Of a stretch of DNA of 64,000 bases, positions 58,834 to 64,000 are shown in pieces. The DNA is from a virus: positions 1 to 64,000 of the IMG/VR virus record IMGVR_UViG_3300031994_000086; one strand, given 5' to 3'. The stretch's first letter is position 1. The number at the start of each line of letters is the position of its first letter. The position numbers and the translations under genes were made by a program. The notes under the pieces were generated by a model that ran no database searches, was not told the origin of the DNA, and was given only the letters and a program-made list of their open reading frames with translations.

Positions 58834-59049
58834 ATGAAAAAGTTTGTATTTGCACTTATCGGTGTTGTAGTTCTCACAAGTTCCGTAAACCTTAGAAGCG
58901 CAGTGTATTTCGTGGAGGATGGCTATTATTTCCACCACAAAGGAGATTGCGCCCTGAAAGACAGAGGGAAAAGTGAAAAGAAAATCTACATCACTACGAC
59001 TGAGGGAGCGATAGAAAACGGCTACCACGAGTGCACGAAATGTCACTAA
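58834..59049 (+). CDS. secreted small Cys/His protein (signal peptide, C-terminal HxC...CxxCH)
   Basis: 'MKKFVFALIGVVVLTSSVNL' signal peptide; hairpin+box leader. Confidence 0.35.
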   Translation: MKKFVFALIGVVVLTSSVNLRSAVYFVEDGYYFHHKGDCALKDRGKSEKKIYITTTEGAIENGYHECTKCH

Positions 59050-59133
59050 AATTGTGCCTGGGAATTTTTTGCCTGCTCAAATCGTAGAGAAATCTCGGTT
59101 TGAGTACGATTTTTAACTTAAAACTTAGAGATT

Positions 59134-59310
59134 ATGATTAAAAGACAAATTCTTGCGGCATTTTTGTTCGCACCGCTCATCCTTATCCTTACGGGACAAC
59201 TCTCTATGATGATTATCGGAGTTATTTATGCTGGGTGGCTATCCTCAAATGAAAATCTAAGACCATTTTACAGGAAATTGCTCGCTGATGTTGAGAAAAT
59301 GTTTCAGTAA
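59134..59310 (+). CDS. small two-TM membrane peptide
   Basis: 'ILAAFLFAPLILILTG...MMIIGVIYAGWL'; hairpin+box leader. Confidence 0.3.
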   Translation: MIKRQILAAFLFAPLILILTGQLSMMIIGVIYAGWLSSNENLRPFYRKLLADVEKMFQ

Positions 59311-59395
59311 TCTGTGCCTGGGAATTTTTGCCTTGCTCGGAGCAAATGAAAATCTTGCTCTGAGTACGATTGTTTAACCTAAAAAAGAAAGAATT

Positions 59396-59872
59396 ATGAA
59401 TAAAAGATTTGAAACTTACACAAATTCTCTCACTCCGATGAAAAAGAAAATCGCAGAGGAAGCCATCAGGGAATTTCTGGCTGGCGAGAAAGAGATAATA
59501 AAAAAGGTCGATAGCCCTAAGGCTGTTTATGACCTTTGCAGAGATTTGCAGTTAGAAAGCGACGAACACGCAGTTATTGTTCTCGCTAATCAGCGTTACG
59601 GACTGATTAGGAGAATGGAAGTAGCGAGAGGCGGACTGACGGAAACTCTCTTTGATGTTCGTGTGGTAATGCGTGAATGTCTGCTGAATAATGCCACCGT
59701 CTTATTCTTGGTGCATAATCATCCGTCTGGCGATACGATGCCGTCAAGAGAGGACGATAATCTGACAAAGAAAATGCAAGATGCAGCTCGTCTTCTGCGC
59801 ATCCATCTTGCCGACCACGTAATTATTGGTAACGGAAATTATTTTTCCTACCAAGAAAACGGGAAATTGTGA
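59396..59872 (+). CDS. RadC-like JAB/MPN-domain protein
   Basis: 'HNHPSGDTMPSREDDNLTKKM...DHVIIG' matches the RadC H-x-H-P-S-G...D signature. Confidence 0.7.
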   Translation: MNKRFETYTNSLTPMKKKIAEEAIREFLAGEKEIIKKVDSPKAVYDLCRDLQLESDEHAVIVLANQRYGLIRRMEVARGGLTETLFDVRVVMRECLLNNATVLFLVHNHPSGDTMPSREDDNLTKKMQDAARLLRIHLADHVIIGNGNYFSYQENGKL

Positions 59873-60121
59873 TTTTTTTGCCTCGGTTTTGTCTGATTTT
59901 TCGGACAGAACCACAAATAACCGAAGAAATATTTGCGGATTTTGAAAAACATCCGTACATTTGCACTGCAAACTTGCTTTTCAGGTTTGTCATAATTTCA
60001 AATTTTTAAGTTATTAATTAGGACATAGGGCTGTGAAGCTCTGTGTCCTTTTCTATGCCTAAATCTTACAAAGACGGTTACTTTGTAGGATTTCTTATTA
60101 TTAACCAAAACTATAAGAAAT

Positions 60122-61240
60122 ATGATTACGAAATTAGGAAAAGCAGACAATCTGTTTATGCTTGGCGCAAACGGAATGGAAGAACTTGAAAGAGTCCATA
60201 TTGGTAAAGGTACGAAGATTTACGCTTACGGCTTTGCCATGAGCGAGCAGTATTTCGTCGTCTATGATGATGAGATGCACGCAGTAGAGATTTGTACGGG
60301 AAATCCTGACGAAGTTTCCGAGACAGACCTTGAACGCTATTTCTCAGAGAAAAAGACGCTTGACGATACTACAAGACCAATTTCTAAGCAGTTCGGTATC
60401 GGTTTCTATTATGACGAAAGCGGAGAGATAATCCCTGATGACGTTATAGAGAAATCCCTAAAACGTGCGGAAAATCTTGCAAACCTAAGAAAGCGTGTGG
60501 ATGATGAGAAAAAACGCAAGGACGCAGAGACAAAGGAAAATCTGCCGAAGTTATATCCGTATCTCACACGATGCGAGATGTACGACTACAAGACGTGCGG
60601 AAAGAATATCCGTACAGAGTTGAAAAAGAACTTCCCGAAAACAAAATTCTCTGTCAAGTTCAGCCGTTTCAGCGGTGGTAATTCTTACGATATCACATGG
60701 ACTGACGGACCGAAGGCAGAAGATGTTGACGCTATCGTGCGAAAATATCAAAACAAACACCCTGACGAGTATTCTATGGGTGACTATTGGGACGAGAAGC
60801 AGAGCATCTTTAATAAAATGTTCGGCTCTGTCGGCTACGTGATGACAGAACGTTGTATCTCTGACGAAGCTGTGGAAAAGATACGTGCAGAATACTCTGA
60901 CCTTACTGACGATAACGCACAGAACTACATTTTCAAGGATGAAGATGCAGAGCATATTCAACGCCATATGCGTTGTTGGTCAGTGAAAGATTTGTTACGC
61001 CAAATCGCCTATGGTAGAGATTTCCAGGAGCCAGAGAAGAAGCAAGAAACCGTCTGCGTAAAAACTGACGGTCTGCAGATTGTGGAGTATTCCGAAAAAG
61101 CGTTTGCCGTTATCGGTAACACAAAGGAATACAAAGATGATTTGAAAAAACTCGGTGGTCGTTTTAATGCTCGCTTGTCTTGCGGTGCGGGATGGATATT
61201 CAGCAACAAGCAGAGAGAAGCCGTTGAAGCGATTATCTAA
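60122..61240 (+). CDS. hypothetical 372-aa protein (polyvalent-protein-like accessory domain?)
   Basis: No catalytic motif recognised; box leader. Confidence 0.4.
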   Translation: MITKLGKADNLFMLGANGMEELERVHIGKGTKIYAYGFAMSEQYFVVYDDEMHAVEICTGNPDEVSETDLERYFSEKKTLDDTTRPISKQFGIGFYYDESGEIIPDDVIEKSLKRAENLANLRKRVDDEKKRKDAETKENLPKLYPYLTRCEMYDYKTCGKNIRTELKKNFPKTKFSVKFSRFSGGNSYDITWTDGPKAEDVDAIVRKYQNKHPDEYSMGDYWDEKQSIFNKMFGSVGYVMTERCISDEAVEKIRAEYSDLTDDNAQNYIFKDEDAEHIQRHMRCWSVKDLLRQIAYGRDFQEPEKKQETVCVKTDGLQIVEYSEKAFAVIGNTKEYKDDLKKLGGRFNARLSCGAGWIFSNKQREAVEAII

Positions 61241-61307
61241 GCCTGTAATGCCGGTGATGCCTTGCGGTGTCACTGACAGCCATATTATTAACCAAAAAGG
61301 AAAGATT

Positions 61308-61697
61308 ATGAGAACAATGGACAAATTTGACAGGATTGCTCACTCTATGGGCTTTACTCCAACTTATACGGGTAGTAATATCCGTTCCTTGTATTCTTAC
61401 AACAGGAAAAATGCAAAGGGAGAAGCCTTGCAGATTGATATGTCTGTAAGCAGTGGTGTGACTCTGCCTACTACGTGGCTGAAAAAAGGCTACACGAAGG
61501 AACTTATCACCGATTGGTGGTGTGTAGATACATTCGTCACGAACAAAGACGGAGAGTGCTACAAGGACTATGACCCTACGTGCAAGCCGAGCGACGACGG
61601 AAAACGGTGGGTGGTAGATTTTGACTGGCACCTGAAAGCCACAGAAGAAAATTTCGTGAAACTGCTGACGGAGATACTCAGACGTTTCAACGGATAA
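61308..61697 (+). CDS. hypothetical protein (start adjusted to the box-led ATG)
   Basis: In frame with the listed 61155 ORF; 'attattaacc' box 18 nt upstream. Confidence 0.4.
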   Translation: MRTMDKFDRIAHSMGFTPTYTGSNIRSLYSYNRKNAKGEALQIDMSVSSGVTLPTTWLKKGYTKELITDWWCVDTFVTNKDGECYKDYDPTCKPSDDGKRWVVDFDWHLKATEENFVKLLTEILRRFNG

Positions 61698-61766
61698 GCC
61701 TCAGAGCGGAGATATGGAAACGTATCTTCGCTTTCTTTTTAAGTATAACCATAAAATTATAAGAGT

Positions 61767-62420
61767 ATGAAAAAAGAAAGTATTGACAAACTGCAGACTA
61801 TCTACAGAGAACTCATGCAGATTGAGGAAACGACACTCGCAGAAATGATAACAGAGGTTGTTCGTGCAGAAACAGTAATCACGAAAGTGGGCAAATTCTC
61901 TTTCTATGACTTTGCATCAAAGGAAGCGTGTAGAGAAGTGATGCAAGGAGTATATCACGATGGCGGCTTCAAAGTTGCGTCAGATGGGTATATCCTTATC
62001 GCTATTCGTGAAGAGTACGACAAGGACTTTGAAGGAAAAATCCTTGCGAAGGACGGCTCTTTCATAGAACAGCGTTATCCACGATGGAGAAGTGTCATTC
62101 CTCAGGAAGAAGGGGAGTTTTACGAGATAGACGAAAGCAAATTCACTGAGCAACTTGCTAAGATACGTGCAGAGTATAAGATGCAGTATGTAAAAGCCAA
62201 GCGATGGGATAGTTCCTGGGTAGTGAAGATTGGTGGCGCATACTATTCTGCCGAGTATTTCGCAAGGGTGCTTACGGCAATGAAGTATATCGGCATTACA
62301 AAGGTGCAGATAACAGAGCGCAATGTGCTCTTGCACAAAAGTGACGATGCAATTCTGATACTGATGCCGAGGTACATCACAGAAAATGATGTTGCCGACT
62401 ATTCAGTTATTGAACTCTAA
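61767..62420 (+). CDS. hypothetical protein
   Basis: 217 aa. Confidence 0.4.
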   Translation: MKKESIDKLQTIYRELMQIEETTLAEMITEVVRAETVITKVGKFSFYDFASKEACREVMQGVYHDGGFKVASDGYILIAIREEYDKDFEGKILAKDGSFIEQRYPRWRSVIPQEEGEFYEIDESKFTEQLAKIRAEYKMQYVKAKRWDSSWVVKIGGAYYSAEYFARVLTAMKYIGITKVQITERNVLLHKSDDAILILMPRYITENDVADYSVIEL

Positions 62421-62487
62421 GCCTATGATGGGACAGAATAAATCTCTGTCCTGTCAGCCATTATTAACTCAAAAAATAGAAAGAATT

Positions 62488-62808
62488 ATGAAACGATTAC
62501 AGGATTTTACAAAGAGCGACCTCGCAAAGTTGCGCAAGGAGATAGTTTTGAACTCTCTCTATGTGCACGACTTCGAGAACTCTTTTGGTATTTGTGCGGA
62601 GAGCGTGTGCGCTTTCTTTGACGGTTACTTTGAAAACATCTGTGAGATTGCCGCAGAAGATAATTTCAAGTGGAGTTATGAAAAGAATTACAGAGATTTT
62701 CTTAACAAGTATGATACTATTGAAAATCTATATTCTTGGCTATATTGCTTTGAAGATTTTTCTTGGGTAAAGTACGAAAATGAAGAAGAATATAGGAAGG
62801 TAGCATAA
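62488..62808 (+). CDS. hypothetical protein (start adjusted)
   Basis: Hairpin+box leader at 62430-62487. Confidence 0.35.
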   Translation: MKRLQDFTKSDLAKLRKEIVLNSLYVHDFENSFGICAESVCAFFDGYFENICEIAAEDNFKWSYEKNYRDFLNKYDTIENLYSWLYCFEDFSWVKYENEEEYRKVA

Positions 62809-62894
62809 AGACACAACATAACAAGTAGCCTTAGGGCGGTAAGCGAGTGAGATACTTGCGCCGCCTACTATTATTAACCATACAAAAAGAAAGA

Positions 62895-63362
62895 ATGAAC
62901 ATGAAAAAGTTACAAGAGTATTGCTCTAATTGTTGCCAAGAGGTGACGATAGATGCTGAGTTCAAGATGCAAGTTTGCCCTAATTGTGGTAAAGTCATTC
63001 TTCCTTGCTCTATGTGCGACATGGATAGCGCAAAATGTAATGCGTGCAAACTGAGAGTGCAAGACACCCCATACGAGGTTTACCACAATTACCCACCTAT
63101 CCACGTAGAAGGTCTGTACTATTTGGATGACAACGACAACAAAGTCACTCCATTTAGTATCTACTTTTCTTCGGATTTGCGCATTTGGCGAGATGATGTG
63201 AAAGAAACTCACGGCCGTGCATACACGATGTACGGAGGTGCGCACGGCACTACTCTCGCTCCTGTGTATCTGCCTGACGGCACACAATACAGAAATGAGG
63301 ATTTGGCAAGCGTTTCCGCTTACTACAAAAATGGTATTATATCAGATTTTCATCACGAATAA
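62895..63362 (+). CDS. zinc-ribbon protein (CxxC x3)
   Basis: 'CSNCCQ...CPNCG...CSMC...CNAC'. Confidence 0.4.
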   Translation: MNMKKLQEYCSNCCQEVTIDAEFKMQVCPNCGKVILPCSMCDMDSAKCNACKLRVQDTPYEVYHNYPPIHVEGLYYLDDNDNKVTPFSIYFSSDLRIWRDDVKETHGRAYTMYGGAHGTTLAPVYLPDGTQYRNEDLASVSAYYKNGIISDFHHE

Positions 63363-63374
63363 AAGGAGGGTGTT

Positions 63375-63551
63375 ATGAACTACCAACAGAGAAAAGAAAA
63401 TGCCAGAGCAAAGGCTATTGACTGGCAGTCGAAAGCAAGCGAGGAGAGAACATCTTACTATGACCTTGCAAAGATTGGAGAGTATTTTTACAAACTTGGT
63501 AAGCGTTACGGACTTCTGAGAGAGTTCCGCACAAACGCCATACCTTGTTAG
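63375..63551 (+). CDS. hypothetical small protein
   Basis: SD 'aaaggaggg' upstream; 58 aa. Confidence 0.25.
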   Translation: MNYQQRKENARAKAIDWQSKASEERTSYYDLAKIGEYFYKLGKRYGLLREFRTNAIPC

Positions 63552-63619
63552 TGCCTATGCCTGAGCAGAAAAAACTGCTTGGGCAACTATTGTTTAACTA
63601 ATAGAAAGGAAAAAGAATT

Positions 63620-64000
63620 ATGAAAACATTAGACGAAATTATTAACAACGAGAATTACACAAAGTTGAATGGCGCATTAGTTGACCGTAGTATTGAACTT
63701 GCAGGAAAAATCAGAGAGGCTATGCAGTCGGCAGAGATAGAAGAAATCGGTGATTATTCTATCCGCACGGTTAGAACCCGCTCAGGGTTCAGCGATACTG
63801 CTTTATATATAGAGGCGATGGTGGATAGTAGTAACTGGGGGGCTACACCCGAATATCACAGTCTCGAAACTTCTGGGAGTGGTTACTATACTGGTGATTT
63901 CAACTGTTGGATACAGGCAGCTGCTGGTAAAGACAGACTAAAATTCCTCAACGATGCAAAGAGCATCTTAGAAGAAATAGAAAAAATCAAACAGAAGAGA
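63620..64000 (+). CDS. hypothetical protein, 3' end truncated by the window
   Basis: Hairpin+box leader at 63560-63619; the ORF runs to the window end. Confidence 0.35.
   Translation, partial: MKTLDEIINNENYTKLNGALVDRSIELAGKIREAMQSAEIEEIGDYSIRTVRTRSGFSDTALYIEAMVDSSNWGATPEYHSLETSGSGYYTGDFNCWIQAAAGKDRLKFLNDAKSILEEIEKIKQKR

Overview
The window reads as a near-complete temperate siphovirus-like phage or prophage genome. The host is likely Bacteroidota (Prevotella/Bacteroides-like). Supporting this are TAnnTTTG -7 promoter motifs, lipobox lipoproteins, and DUF3127- and DUF4494-like proteins. SD-less A-rich leaders are mixed with a few strong AAGGAGG sites.

Layout, left to right:
- 1-2.3 kb: small accessory genes on the + strand.
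- 2.3-3.7 kb: a tyrosine integrase (-) beside an attP-like region. The region has a tRNA T-arm/acceptor-like core flanked by repeated 'atgtttaca' and 'gtacctttaa' arm-type repeats.
- 3.8-5.1 kb: an HTH regulator and a CI/LexA-like S24 repressor (-), divergent from early genes.
- 5-22.7 kb: the early/middle + strand arm. It holds an ERF annealase, a PD-(D/E)XK exonuclease, a DUF3127 OB-fold protein, a replisome-organizer-like gene with embedded iterons, many hypotheticals including two tandem-repeat proteins, an SPFH lipoprotein, a GNAT enzyme, a circularly permuted C5-cytosine MTase, a strange poly-G small-ORF array, and an NPPY MTase.
- 22.8 kb: a bidirectional terminator.
- 50.3 to 22.8 kb: the late operon on the - strand. 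Order of transcription is scaffold, major capsid, head-tail connectors, major tail, a chaperone pair with an A9 -1 frameshift site, a 2376-aa tape measure, distal tail proteins, an opposite-strand lipoprotein moron, fibres (one with a six-bladed beta-propeller), holin, spanin-like protein, a GH19 endolysin and three unknown proteins.
- 50.4-54.3 kb: TerL, portal and a TerS-like protein on the + strand, transcribed divergently from a tandem promoter repeat.
- 54.9-56.4 kb: a P4/D5-type primase-helicase (-), followed by an AT-rich ori-like region.
- 57-64 kb: an accessory island of small + strand genes (RadC/JAB, zinc ribbons, secreted and membrane peptides). Each is preceded by a conserved 'hairpin, then (A/G)TT(A/G)TTTAAC(C), then A-rich leader, then ATG' element. 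The same element recurs upstream of early genes and at 0.4 kb, which implies the linear window is a cut of a circular or episomal map.

No CRISPR array, reverse transcriptase or rRNA is visible.
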